From a virus: 64,000 nt of DNA. A program made the translations under genes and the position numbers. The DNA lies in the IMG/VR virus record IMGVR_UViG_3300045971_000431, positions 1 to 64,000 of that record; one strand, given 5' to 3'. Under the pieces are notes generated by a model. It was not told the DNA's origin. It made no database searches and worked only from the letters and a program-made list of their open reading frames with translations. How positions within the stretch are numbered: the first letter of the stretch is position 1; each line of letters begins with the position of its first letter. Below are positions 39,071 to 48,603 of the stretch, piece by piece.

Positions 39071-39459
39071 GCGCCGTCCTTGACCATGTTGATTGAGTGG
39101 ATGACGAAGTCCTTGACCTCGCCGAACACCGAGACGGTGCCGTACCCAGCAGTGCGGAAGTCGTAGGACACCCCCGCATCGAGCAGCTCTGCAGCGATCT
39201 TCCCTTGCGGGGTTTCCATCAGCACCACATCACCGATCAACTCATTCGCCTCGTTGAAGCGGAGGTTGCCCACGATGTGCGATGCCTTGGCTAGGTCGAG
39301 CCCACCTTCTGGCATACCGATCTGACCGAAGAGGCGGCCATGAAGGCCAGCACTATCCTCGACCTTCTTCACGGCAGCTTCGAGAGTTGCGCGTGAATAG
39401 ATCCGGCCGTTGGCATTGGGAGTATCGGCCTTCATGATGACGACAGTAAATTGTTTCAT
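39067..39459 (-). CDS. Prohead protease (gp21/U9)-like protein, degenerate active site
   Basis: ADTPNANGRIYS, SHIV, TPQGKI; lacks GELxHP His and SSRG Ser. Confidence 0.75.
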   Translation of the reverse strand: MKQFTVVIMKADTPNANGRIYSRATLEAAVKKVEDSAGLHGRLFGQIGMPEGGLDLAKASHIVGNLRFNEANELIGDVVLMETPQGKIAAELLDAGVSYDFRTAGYGTVSVFGEVKDFVIHSINMVKDGA

Positions 39460-39499
39460 GAGTAATTGTAACACGCTCAGGTGTTTATCTTGGTCGTTT

Positions 39500-39871
39500 T
39501 CAGGACCGGTTTTGGGCTTTTAGCTGAACGTAGCTGACACCGGGATTTGGATCACGTATTGTGAAGTAGACACCACCTTGCTGATCTTCAAGCCAAAAGG
39601 TGGTTCCGCCAGGCTCTTGATACGCATCCATTAGTCCTGTGCTGTTGCCAACCTTGAGGCATAACTCGTGGCCGTTGCGCGTTATGAAATCAATGATGCC
39701 AGTTGTATCTTCATCCAACCCGGTAACATCTATTCTTCCAAACATGCCCAACGTTGCCAACACATTGATGGCTCGCAAACCCAATGCGATTTCGCTGTTA
39801 GACACCTCGAGATCAATTCTGCCAAAAGCATAACCAGGACTTGTCATCGGTTTCTCCGTATAAATAAGCAT
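39500..39871 (-). CDS. Hypothetical protein
   Basis: AT-richer ORF; start probably MTSPGY. Confidence 0.55.
   Translation of the reverse strand: MLIYTEKPMTSPGYAFGRIDLEVSNSEIALGLRAINVLATLGMFGRIDVTGLDEDTTGIIDFITRNGHELCLKVGNSTGLMDAYQEPGGTTFWLEDQQGGVYFTIRDPNPGVSYVQLKAQNRS
39859..39866 (+). promoter_or_regulatory. Late promoter TATAAATA
   Basis: Exact T4 late consensus upstream of GIY-YIG gene. Confidence 0.7.
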
Positions 39872-39887
39872 TTGCGGGAGAGCAGTC

Positions 39888-40508
39888 TTGTTCTACGTCT
39901 ACACGTATTCTTCCAACGGCGTTCCCTACTATGTGGGTAAGGGGCAAAAGGCTAGAGATGTGGTGCATCTCAACATGGCGAAAAATCCAAAGGTCGCGAA
40001 AGAAACCGCGTGCATCGCCGAAACGCGCAGGCTTCTAGAAGGTAACTCGCCAGTTGAAGTCAAGCGAGTGGCAGATGGTCTGTCCGAAGTCGAGGCTTTC
40101 GAATTGGAAAAAGCGCTCATCACCCAACACGGAAGACGCCAACATGGTGGGCTGCTAGTAAACAGGACCGCTGGAGGGCAGGGCGCCTGCGGCGCGGTTC
40201 GATCACCAGAAGAGCGAGCACGTGTTGGCGCAATGTTTAGGGGCATCAAACTTTCACCGGAACGCTGCAAGAAAACGTCTGATTGGAACAAGGCCCATGG
40301 TAAGCGGCCACCGCTAAAATATGGCGCAGAACACCCACGTGCGAAGGCGGTTACTGTGCGCCTGCCGGACGGCACACACCACTCTGTACCCTGTTTGAAG
40401 GAATTTTGTAGCGTGAATGGGCTAAACATGTCGACGGTCCGCAACACTCTTTACGAGAAGAGACCCATCAAGCGCGGGCCATGGGCTGGCTTGATGCTCA
40501 TGTGTTGA
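39888..40508 (+). mobile_element. Free-standing GIY-YIG homing endonuclease
   Basis: FYVY...YYVGKG...R...E..LI...N plus NUMOD-like C-terminus; opposite strand. Confidence 0.85.
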
Positions 40509-41907
40509 TCTTGGTTGTCTTCAGGACTGGGTACTTCGCTTCCGTGTACCATTTTTTACGTTCACGAAAATGTTTGCGAGCCCACTTCAGACAGGAGTGA
40601 ACGTCCACACAGTGCACACGATCCTTGTCGTGACCCTTGCGGAGCGACCGGCCGATGGACTGGATAGAGCGGATGAACCCCTTGCCAGCATCGATCATCA
40701 TGAAATTAAAAATCCTATCGATGCTGATGCCTTGCGAAGCAATGCCGAAGGTTGCGATGACGATGAGGTCGTCACGGTTTTCGAACAAGTGGTACCACTC
40801 AGCCCGTACCTCGTTCTCGGTCTCACCTGCCAGGAACACGGAGTCCTTGATCAACTTCTGCAGCGCCTTACCCTGCTTGATCGAGTTGACCAGCACCAGC
40901 GTGTTGCCGTACTGGTCTGCGCGAGTGATGACGAGGTCAGCGATCAGATCCAGGCGGGCTGGGTTCTTGTTGATGAATGACCGCTCGGTGCCGTAGTCAG
41001 GGAACTCCTCATCTGCTGTCTCTTGAATCTCGATTGGTTCAATCTCGAGCTGAGCAAGGTAGCCCATAGCGATCAGTTCGTGGGCATGGATCTCGTAGAG
41101 GATCTCACCGATGGCACCACGCAGGGTCATCTGATCGATCTTTGGTTTCGGGAAGGTGCCCGTGCAGCCGAAGCGGTAGGCGCAGTTCTTGCCATGGTTG
41201 TTGATGAGCTCGCCCACCACCTTGGCTGAAGCGCCGTGCGCCTCGTCCACGATGATGCAGTGGAAGCTCTCAACGATGGCTGGGTTGTTCTGCAGCGCCT
41301 GCCACGTGGCAACCACGACCGCATGGCTGATGTCCTTCTTGGCTCCGGAGTATGTGCCAACATCAAGATTGCACATCGTGAAGGTGCCAACCGTCTGGCT
41401 CACGAGGTCCGAGGATGGCACGATGACCATCGTCTTCAGTTCGTTCTGTGCCATCACATCTGCAAGTGCAGCGCAGATGAGGGTCTTGCCAGCACCCGTG
41501 CCAGCGATGATGAAGCCGGAGGTGGCGTTCAGGGCGGCATTCACCGCGTCCACCTGGTACGGCCGAAGCTTGACGCCCAGCTTGTGCTCAGGCTTGCGCA
41601 GGAACCATTCGGCATCCATGCGGGTTTCGATGATGTCGACTGGCCGGCGAAGGTCTCGAATCTCGATGTCGTAGCCCCAGGTTTCCAGGTACGGTGTGAT
41701 CTCGTCCAACAACCGGAAGTAGACCTTCCCGGTCTTGTCAAAGAACCGAACCTTGCCATCCCACCGGCCGAGCTTGTAGAGCGGCATGAAGAACGCGCCC
41801 TCGACCATGATGGCGAACTTGTTCTCCAGCACTTGGTGGTCAGGCGGCTCGAGGCCAGAGATCTGGCAGTAGACCTCGTCTCGAACGGTGATGTAGGCCT
41901 TCTTCAT
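40498..41907 (-). CDS. uvsW: UvsW-like SF2 helicase
   Basis: GTGAGKT, DEAH, TGT, QSIGRSLR. Confidence 0.92.
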   Translation of the reverse strand: MKKAYITVRDEVYCQISGLEPPDHQVLENKFAIMVEGAFFMPLYKLGRWDGKVRFFDKTGKVYFRLLDEITPYLETWGYDIEIRDLRRPVDIIETRMDAEWFLRKPEHKLGVKLRPYQVDAVNAALNATSGFIIAGTGAGKTLICAALADVMAQNELKTMVIVPSSDLVSQTVGTFTMCNLDVGTYSGAKKDISHAVVVATWQALQNNPAIVESFHCIIVDEAHGASAKVVGELINNHGKNCAYRFGCTGTFPKPKIDQMTLRGAIGEILYEIHAHELIAMGYLAQLEIEPIEIQETADEEFPDYGTERSFINKNPARLDLIADLVITRADQYGNTLVLVNSIKQGKALQKLIKDSVFLAGETENEVRAEWYHLFENRDDLIVIATFGIASQGISIDRIFNFMMIDAGKGFIRSIQSIGRSLRKGHDKDRVHCVDVHSCLKWARKHFRERKKWYTEAKYPVLKTTKINT

Positions 41908-42380
41908 TGCGCGAAGCGGAAGTGGCGTTCGAGGTTGTGGGAGCGGATGTAGGAGATGGGCTTCGCGTCATGCAGCGGAGCAAGCATGAGACCCGCAGTG
42001 CTGAGGTGTGTCACGAGCAGCATGATGCGCATCGTCTCGATGGCAGAAATCTGTGCATCGGGTTCCAGACGAGCAGACACACGCACACCGTTCTCTTCCT
42101 CGTAGAAGGTGACAGAGCTGGTGGGGCCAATCGGATCCCACATGAGTACAGGCGGGGTCGACTTGATGGAACTGCCGCTGCTGTTCGAGTAGTTCAGATG
42201 GGCGACGCCTGCACCAATCGTGTAGGTGGTTCCCATTGATGGCTGTGGTGCAGCAGTCGGTATCGGCTGGTTGCTGAAGCCGTAGTTCTGTGGGTTGCCA
42301 ACAACGGGTGCACCATTGCCGACATTGCCGTAGCTGTAGCCGCCATGGTATGGCTTTACTGAGGGATCAGAGGATGACAT
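41904..42380 (-). CDS. Hypothetical protein
   Basis: Start MSSSDP; low-complexity N-terminus. Confidence 0.55.
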   Translation of the reverse strand: MSSSDPSVKPYHGGYSYGNVGNGAPVVGNPQNYGFSNQPIPTAAPQPSMGTTYTIGAGVAHLNYSNSSGSSIKSTPPVLMWDPIGPTSSVTFYEEENGVRVSARLEPDAQISAIETMRIMLLVTHLSTAGLMLAPLHDAKPISYIRSHNLERHFRFAQ

Positions 42381-42828
42381 CTTGTAGTTCCGCAACTCGT
42401 AGTTTGGTGATATTCTGCAGCATCCAGCCCATCTGCTTGAACGCCTCGACGATTTCTTCCAGCTTGTCCCGCACGAGGGAGACCTCGATGACGAGCTGAT
42501 TGTGTGCGACCATCTCAGGGCTACCGGCAATGAAGACGGTAGTCTCGCGGGCTCCGTAGGCGCGCTGGCCCTGCATCAGGTTCTTCAGCAGGCGCGACTC
42601 CAGTTTGCAGCTGAAGTTCTCGAGCAGCTTGACGACGTGCTTGGCTTCCTTGGCCCGCTGGCTGTAGAAGGCTTGGTGTTGTGGGAGGGTGCGTGCGATG
42701 ACCTCGAGTCGCTCACCTGCAATCTCGAACATCTTCTCGGCGCCAGCAATGTCTTCCTCGAAAGCGTCGAGGATAGGACCGAGCTGCTCGGCAAGGCGAG
42801 ACTCTTCAAGATCGAGTAGAGGACTCAT
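42367..42828 (-). CDS. uvsY: UvsY-like recombination mediator
   Basis: Helical ~150 aa with FKQMGWMLQNITKLR C-terminus; between uvsX and uvsW. Confidence 0.8.
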   Translation of the reverse strand: MSPLLDLEESRLAEQLGPILDAFEEDIAGAEKMFEIAGERLEVIARTLPQHQAFYSQRAKEAKHVVKLLENFSCKLESRLLKNLMQGQRAYGARETTVFIAGSPEMVAHNQLVIEVSLVRDKLEEIVEAFKQMGWMLQNITKLRVAELQDVIL

Positions 42829-43091
42829 TCGTGACCGCGATTGGAGATGATGAATTCGTCAGTGTTGTAGTCGAAGTCGACCGTCTGATCGACTAGCAGA
42901 TTCACAGTCTGCATGTCGGCGACTACCTTCGGCACTTGGAGTATTGTACAATCGAACTGACGCTCATCAGCGTTAGGTATAAGGTCCACGTGCTGCCCTG
43001 CATGAGGAAGGGTGGTCACCTGGACTCGAAAGGAACTACCCGGCTCCAAGAGTTGAAGGATCTTGGACCGGGCACAGAGAGTGATTCGCAT
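42825..43091 (-). CDS. IscA/HesB-like protein lacking Fe-S cysteines
   Basis: ITL.A..KI.....FRVQV...VVAD..T..LL....VDF...F.I.N. Confidence 0.55.
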   Translation of the reverse strand: MRITLCARSKILQLLEPGSSFRVQVTTLPHAGQHVDLIPNADERQFDCTILQVPKVVADMQTVNLLVDQTVDFDYNTDEFIISNRGHE

Positions 43092-43123
43092 GATAGGGCG
43101 GGGCCGTAGTGGCCCTGCTCTAT

Positions 43124-43303
43124 TTACTCGGCTGCGTCGTCGGCTTCTGCCTTCTTCGGCAGGAGCGAGAGCTCGTCGATGGCGGTGCGAACTGCCTTGA
43201 TGAGCTTGCCTTGTGACACAAACACCGTGGTCTTGGTGTCGGAGTCGGTGTCAACGGTCAGGACGAAGCCGCCGTCGGCGAAGTGGATTGAGAGTCCGTT
43301 CAT
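43124..43303 (-). CDS. Small hypothetical protein (59 aa)
   Basis: Manual translation MNGLSIHFADGGFVL...; ATGA-coupled to uvsX. Confidence 0.6.
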   Translation of the reverse strand: MNGLSIHFADGGFVLTVDTDSDTKTTVFVSQGKLIKAVRTAIDELSLLPKKAEADDAAE

Positions 43304-44424
43304 GTGGTTTCCTTCTTGGCCTTACGGCCCTTTGTGGTTGGTGTTTCGTCTTGGTCGACGATGTTTTCGATCTCGTCTTCGCTGGGTTCCAAAGCCAACC
43401 CACGAGCAGCGATCGGCACGCACGCTTCATGAGCAAGCAGCTTGAGCGCGATGGTGTCATCGAACTCCTTCTCCTTGAACACGATTCGTTCGCCGTTGAT
43501 CTCAGCGACGTAACTGAGCTTCTCGCCGGGTTGGGTGCCCTTGCCGGTCACGCCCATTTCAACGAGCAGGTCCAGCAGACCAGACGTCGATGCCATGCCG
43601 CGGTTGTACGGCACGTCGAGCTCGACCTTGGTACCCAGCTTTGCGAACCGTGACTTGTAGGTCTCGAATCGCATGCGCACACCGGTGACAACGCCTTCAT
43701 CCTTCAACTTCAGCTTCGTGACGATGCCGATGATCGAGGACGAGAACTTCGTCGAGTTGGTGATTGCCCAAGCACCGTCACCCATCATGACGTCTTGTGG
43801 GTACACGTGGTCCGTCACAAGCATCGTGATTGGCAGCCGACCCAAGTGAGCCACCGCCAGCCGAAGCATTGCCTTGCGGCGCTTGGCCAAGATGCCCTGG
43901 TCGGACTTGATCGTACCGTCGCGGTCGTAGTTCTCAAACTCCGTGGTGGAGCTGAGCATCGCCAACGAGTCAAGCACGATGATCGTCTTCTGCACCGCTT
44001 CACCGTAGTTGTCCTTGCCGTACGTCTTCTGGTAGTTCGAGAAGAACTCAGCAAGAACGCGGTTGACGTCTTCGATGGTCGCGACAGAGATATAGGTGAG
44101 AGCTTCTTCACGGATGTCGCACCCGATCTTCGACAGGTAGTCCACGTCGATGGCGTGTTCACTGTCAAGGAAGAGTACGTGGTAGCCGAGAAGCTGCGCC
44201 TGAAGAGCAATGTTCGACACGATGAAGCTCTTGCCAGCGCCGGATGGGCCTGCGAAAAGCGTAATCTTGCCGAGTGGAATGCCCTTCTTGAAGTCACCAC
44301 TCAACGCGCGATTGAGGGCGTAGTTGCCAGTGCTCAACCAATGTTCGACAGTCCGCAGACCGACTCCCACTGTGTCAAGCTTCGCAACTTCCTTCTTGAA
44401 CTTGTCAAGGAATGGTAGTGCCAT
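43300..44424 (-). CDS. uvsX: UvsX/RecA-like recombinase
   Basis: STG..ALN..LSG, GPSGAGKS, DSEHA, LDSL. Confidence 0.93.
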   Translation of the reverse strand: MALPFLDKFKKEVAKLDTVGVGLRTVEHWLSTGNYALNRALSGDFKKGIPLGKITLFAGPSGAGKSFIVSNIALQAQLLGYHVLFLDSEHAIDVDYLSKIGCDIREEALTYISVATIEDVNRVLAEFFSNYQKTYGKDNYGEAVQKTIIVLDSLAMLSSTTEFENYDRDGTIKSDQGILAKRRKAMLRLAVAHLGRLPITMLVTDHVYPQDVMMGDGAWAITNSTKFSSSIIGIVTKLKLKDEGVVTGVRMRFETYKSRFAKLGTKVELDVPYNRGMASTSGLLDLLVEMGVTGKGTQPGEKLSYVAEINGERIVFKEKEFDDTIALKLLAHEACVPIAARGLALEPSEDEIENIVDQDETPTTKGRKAKKETT

Positions 44425-44490
44425 TGATCCTCCTGATGATTAAGAACAGAAGTACCAGTTGCCTAGTACTTCCGTTCTACATGGACCGAG

Positions 44491-45384
44491 TTACTCGGCA
44501 GCGCTGGCTTGTGCAGCCTTGGCAGCAGCGCGTTGGCGGAGCTGCTCAACGACGGACAGCTTCGGAGCTGCGGTCGTCGTGGTGTCTGCTGCAGGAGTTG
44601 CAGCAGCTTGCACGGCAGGCTTGGCCGTCACGGCAGGCTTGGCGGCAGGGGCCGGAGCTTCGTCGTCACCACCGCTTTCGGGCATCGAGGCACCAGTCTG
44701 ATCGGCGATCAGCATGGCTTCGAGCTGCTCACGACCCGTCTTCGGGGTACGGTAAGCCTTCAGGTCGTACAGCGTGATGGCTTCGATGATGTCATCAGCC
44801 ACGTCGGTCTGCTTCGGTGCGAAGCCAGAGGTCTGGTACGAGGCGTACTCACCTGACTTGGTCTTCTTGATGCGGAAGTTGTAGCCGCCCTTCAGCTCGT
44901 ACGGAGCCTCTTCCAGATCGCCAGACTTGAATGCTGCCTGGATCTGGTTGAAGATGGCCGGACCGAAGTCGATCAGCTTCACGAGTTGCTCAGCGTCATG
45001 TTCGACAGGGCTGTCGATCACGAGCACTTGGCCGAGGTAGCTCTTCTTGCGGTAGTACTTCTTGCCCAGGGTCTGGTTGTGGTCTGGGGACTTCTCGTCG
45101 TAGTAGCCCTGCGACAGCGTGCAGATGGGGCAGTCTTCGCCGTACATCTTCAAGCACGCGACAGTTTCCTTCTTGCCGTTGATGACGAGTTCGTGCGTCA
45201 AGTTCTCCACAAGGAAGCCCATGCCGTTGTCGTCGTCTTGGTCGGGGAGGAAGCGCACCGTGGAGGTGCTATCGTGGGGAGCCTTCCAAAATGGAAACTT
45301 CAATTTCCACGTTTGGTCTCCACCACCGCCTTGGGTCTTCTGGGCGAAGTTTGCGGCGAGTTCTGCGAGTGTCTTCTTAGCCAT
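44491..45384 (-). CDS. gp32-like single-stranded DNA-binding protein
   Basis: VRFLP, H...C..CPIC zinc site, GYNFRIKK. Confidence 0.9.
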   Translation of the reverse strand: MAKKTLAELAANFAQKTQGGGGDQTWKLKFPFWKAPHDSTSTVRFLPDQDDDNGMGFLVENLTHELVINGKKETVACLKMYGEDCPICTLSQGYYDEKSPDHNQTLGKKYYRKKSYLGQVLVIDSPVEHDAEQLVKLIDFGPAIFNQIQAAFKSGDLEEAPYELKGGYNFRIKKTKSGEYASYQTSGFAPKQTDVADDIIEAITLYDLKAYRTPKTGREQLEAMLIADQTGASMPESGGDDEAPAPAAKPAVTAKPAVQAAATPAADTTTTAAPKLSVVEQLRQRAAAKAAQASAAE

Positions 45385-45452
45385 GGTTCAAAACCTTTCA
45401 AAGTTACAAATTGATTGAGTGTACAAAAGTTGCACGTCTTCCGACGTGCAAG

Positions 45453-45460
45453 GTATTTAT
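45453..45460 (-). promoter_or_regulatory. Late promoter TATAAATA upstream of SSB
   Basis: Exact consensus. Confidence 0.7.
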
Positions 45461-45551
45461 ACGGAACCGCCTGCTTTCAGCGACTCAACCTGCAAATGTC
45501 AGTGTACTGCGGTAACGCAAGTGCTTAACTGACAAGAGCTATTGTAACCAG

Positions 45552-45575
45552 AAGGGGGACCACGTGGTCCCCCTT
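45552..45575. terminator. Perfect 24-bp palindrome, probable terminator
   Basis: AAGGGGGACCACGTGGTCCCCCTT downstream of HD-Pnk. Confidence 0.6.
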
Positions 45576-45597
45576 TCAGGTCGGTTACAACCTAGAC

Positions 45598-46743
45598 TTA
45601 GGTCTCGCGATGGTAGACCTGGATGACTGCATCTACCTCGCTGCCCTTCCACGCAGAGGTCTGCGCGAAGTACTGCTGCTTCAAGGCGGTGTACGGAACC
45701 TCCTTGTCGCCACGCGTCTTCTGACGGGCCAACAACGTCTTGAACGTCGTCCAGAATTCCACCGCCACGATCTTCATGTGCAATGCGCGGGCTTGCTGCA
45801 CGTACTGCGCGCGAACCTTCTTCGAGCCGTTGGTGTTGTCGACGATGACATCAGCCGAATTGCATGGGAACACACGCAACTCCTCGAAGCGGTCAGCGAT
45901 CCTCGCATTGGCGAAGGCACGAAACGCGCTGTCGTTGGCGAAGGTGTAGGCCACCGCATCGCGGTAGTCTTGCTTCACGTCCGTGCCGGCACCGAACGGC
46001 GTCGTCATCTTGTTGAAGTACTCCAAGCGCATCTCATCCAACGACAAGACGACCGACGACCGCTTCTCGTACTGAGCACGCCACGTGGACTTGCCCGAAC
46101 CTGACGGCCCGACCAAGATGTAGCAGATGCCCTTGCGAGGATCCACGACATGCGTCTCCAACGGAACCGCCTTGAACTGCGCGATCCAATCTGCGACGGC
46201 CTTCAACTTCTCTTCCATGCCGTCGCTGATGCGCCCGAAAGCGTCCGACTGCAAGTGGTCGTAGAAGCACTCCTCGTCCTCACGCAAGGTGTGGGCGACG
46301 GCCGTGCGCAATGCAGAGACCTTCACCTTGTCCTTGTAGCCGAAAGGCAAGTGATGTTCGATGATCCAGCGGACCTGACGTGCTTCATCCGGCGTGAGCA
46401 ACTGCTGCAAGAACGGGTCCGTCAACCACGTTTCCGTGAAGGTGACAGCCGAGTCCTGCTCGTGGCCTGCGTACCGACGGTACGTGCCAGAGCCGTCCTT
46501 CTTCTCGAGTACTTCTTCGGCAGCAGGCTTGCCCGTGTCGTGGAACAACAAGGCGATCGACGTGATCTTGTTCTGCTGAGGCGTGCGGAGAGGTGCGAGG
46601 TTCGTCGCGTACCAGTCCAACGCCATCTCGGTGTGAACCGCTACGTTCTCTTCACGGTGCCAAGGGGAGGCCTCGACAGTTGCGACCAAGCCGGCCCACG
46701 CTGGGGTCTGCTTGAAGTGTTCGATGTATTGCTGGTAGTCCAT
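45598..46743 (-). CDS. HD-Pnk (HD phosphoesterase + polynucleotide kinase)
   Basis: H.E..V..H, FHDTGKP, GHE, HH, SD..GR; P-loop GPSGSGKST, DNTN. Confidence 0.85.
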   Translation of the reverse strand: MDYQQYIEHFKQTPAWAGLVATVEASPWHREENVAVHTEMALDWYATNLAPLRTPQQNKITSIALLFHDTGKPAAEEVLEKKDGSGTYRRYAGHEQDSAVTFTETWLTDPFLQQLLTPDEARQVRWIIEHHLPFGYKDKVKVSALRTAVAHTLREDEECFYDHLQSDAFGRISDGMEEKLKAVADWIAQFKAVPLETHVVDPRKGICYILVGPSGSGKSTWRAQYEKRSSVVLSLDEMRLEYFNKMTTPFGAGTDVKQDYRDAVAYTFANDSAFRAFANARIADRFEELRVFPCNSADVIVDNTNGSKKVRAQYVQQARALHMKIVAVEFWTTFKTLLARQKTRGDKEVPYTALKQQYFAQTSAWKGSEVDAVIQVYHRET

Positions 46744-46755
46744 GGAGCCATTATA

Positions 46756-47247
46756 TCACGGCTTCCTGCGGATGTACACCTTTTGTGTGGTCACGTTGAT
46801 CGCATCGGACTTGATCGTGATGGGGCCGGTGATGTTCAGATACGGCGGCCAAAGATCCTGACGTGTCGGCTTCGGCGCAGCGATTGGCTCGAAGTAGACG
46901 ACCAGCATGCGTGCACCACCGGAACCCACGAATCGATACTCGTAGCCCTTGATCTTGAAGCCAGGAATGGTCAGGGTCGGCAGCGCGCGCCAGTCGTTGA
47001 CACCGCCTTCCTTCGTCAGACACTTTCCTTCATCGCGCCACGTAACGAACGAGGTGCGCGGGCAGATGAGGATCTGGCCGTCGGCTGCAGTGTCGTTCTG
47101 CAGTGGGCCGAACACCATGACGCGAGGCGCTGTGTCGAACGACACCATGCTCGATGGGCTCGTGCTGTCCGACTGGGGCGGGTGCGAGGAGCCGTGGGCG
47201 AACGCCGAGGTGGCGGTCAGAAGGGCGAGGGCGAGGAGATGGTTCAT
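46756..47247 (-). CDS. Secreted protein
   Basis: Signal peptide MNHLLALALLTATSAFA. Confidence 0.65.
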   Translation of the reverse strand: MNHLLALALLTATSAFAHGSSHPPQSDSTSPSSMVSFDTAPRVMVFGPLQNDTAADGQILICPRTSFVTWRDEGKCLTKEGGVNDWRALPTLTIPGFKIKGYEYRFVGSGGARMLVVYFEPIAAPKPTRQDLWPPYLNITGPITIKSDAINVTTQKVYIRRKP

Positions 47248-47459
47248 GGTGCGGTGGGTTCTTTGGTGCCGTCGGAGAAGCCAAGTTGATAGGCCCCGTT
47301 GAGAAGGAAGACGTGCTTCTTGAGCTCTTCGTCGGTCCAGCCCGAATACGTGCGAACTCTCTTCCCCTTGTACAAAACCTCGGCCTGGCCCGGCAGAAGA
47401 AAACCGCGTGATTCTTCGGTGATCTTGTAGGTGTATGGCTTGCGTTGACCGAGGTTCAT
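47244..47459 (-). CDS. Hypothetical protein
   Basis: Start MNLGQR. Confidence 0.55.
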   Translation of the reverse strand: MNLGQRKPYTYKITEESRGFLLPGQAEVLYKGKRVRTYSGWTDEELKKHVFLLNGAYQLGFSDGTKEPTAP

Positions 47460-47710
47460 CGCTGCACCTTCGCTGTGTACGACGGTCCTTGACCCTGCTT
47501 TGCTGGCCGCTTGCGGATCGTCTGCTTGTGGGTGACTTGGCCGAACCACTCAGCAGGGATCTCGACGAGCACCCCACGGCGGAGACGGTGCGGCTTGCCA
47601 TCGATCATCTGCACCTTGGCCCGAGACCGCCGTGGCCGGTTCTGAAGCTGCTCGAGCAGCTCAGCCATCGTACGAGCGGTGAGCGGTGTCTTGGGCCGAA
47701 GCTTGCTCAT
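47456..47710 (-). CDS. Basic hypothetical protein
   Basis: R/K-rich ORF. Confidence 0.55.
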   Translation of the reverse strand: MSKLRPKTPLTARTMAELLEQLQNRPRRSRAKVQMIDGKPHRLRRGVLVEIPAEWFGQVTHKQTIRKRPAKQGQGPSYTAKVQR

Positions 47711-48055
47711 TGCTCTTCAAACCACCGGCGGCCGGTGCTCCAGAGCACCGCGCTACCCAAGACGAGCACCACGAGGATGAACGGGCTGAGCACGATCCAC
47801 GCGAGTAGATCGAGCACCGGATTCTCAAAGCGACCAACGCGGTTCATGATTGGCTTTCTTGGTTCTGTGCACGAACGACGAAGCGTGCTAGCTCGGTGAG
47901 CAGCTCATCCGTCATAAAGATCACGTGACCGTTGGAATCGTGCAGCGTGACCCCAACGCGTGGAATGCGGGTGAAGACGGAGGAGTTCTCCTCACCCGGG
48001 TTGACGACTTCTTCCAGTTGACCGCAGTCATTGGTGTGTAGAAGAGTGTGCATGA

Positions 48056-48394
48056 TCAGTCCATCCTTTCGACGGCGTAGGCACGCATTGAAGGGTAGTA
48101 CTTCTTCAGGACTTCCACGTAGGCACGTGAGCCGGCCATCTTGGCATCCATCCACTGCGTGTGGTTGCCGGATGGGTTGTAGACCTGCAGCCCGCCCTCG
48201 AAGTCGTCAGTGCGACCCATGCCGAGGTGCTTGAGCGCAGCGACCAGCGGGCCACGAGCCGGCTTGATCTTCACCCACGAGAAACCGCAGGGATACCACT
48301 GCGTGGGGTTGGCATCGATCATCGCCTGCGCAGCGGCCTTGGCTGCGTCTTGCGCTTCCTGGATGATCTTGAATTCAACAGCGTACTTGGTCAC
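48056..48394 (-). CDS. Conserved phage protein (PCGFSW motif)
   Basis: CGFxWV motif, C-terminal RMD. Confidence 0.7.
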   Translation of the reverse strand: MTKYAVEFKIIQEAQDAAKAAAQAMIDANPTQWYPCGFSWVKIKPARGPLVAALKHLGMGRTDDFEGGLQVYNPSGNHTQWMDAKMAGSRAYVEVLKKYYPSMRAYAVERMD

Positions 48395-48603
48395 AGGACA
48401 TCTCCATCAATGGTGATTGCTGCCAGCCGATCTTCGGCTTCGCGGATGTAGCTGTCACGCTGGAAGCTGAAGAGCTGGTCCAGCATGTCGTCCGTCAAGA
48501 AGATCTGTGTTCCATTGGGTGCCGTCAGCGTGAAGCCGACGTCAGCATGGCGCTCGAACTTCAACTCGTCGGCCTTGCCAACGTTGATGTGTTGGACTAG
48601 CAC
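48391..48603 (-). CDS. Hypothetical protein
   Basis: Operon-fitting ORF. Confidence 0.55.
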   Translation of the reverse strand: MLVQHINVGKADELKFERHADVGFTLTAPNGTQIFLTDDMLDQLFSFQRDSYIREAEDRLAAITIDGDVL

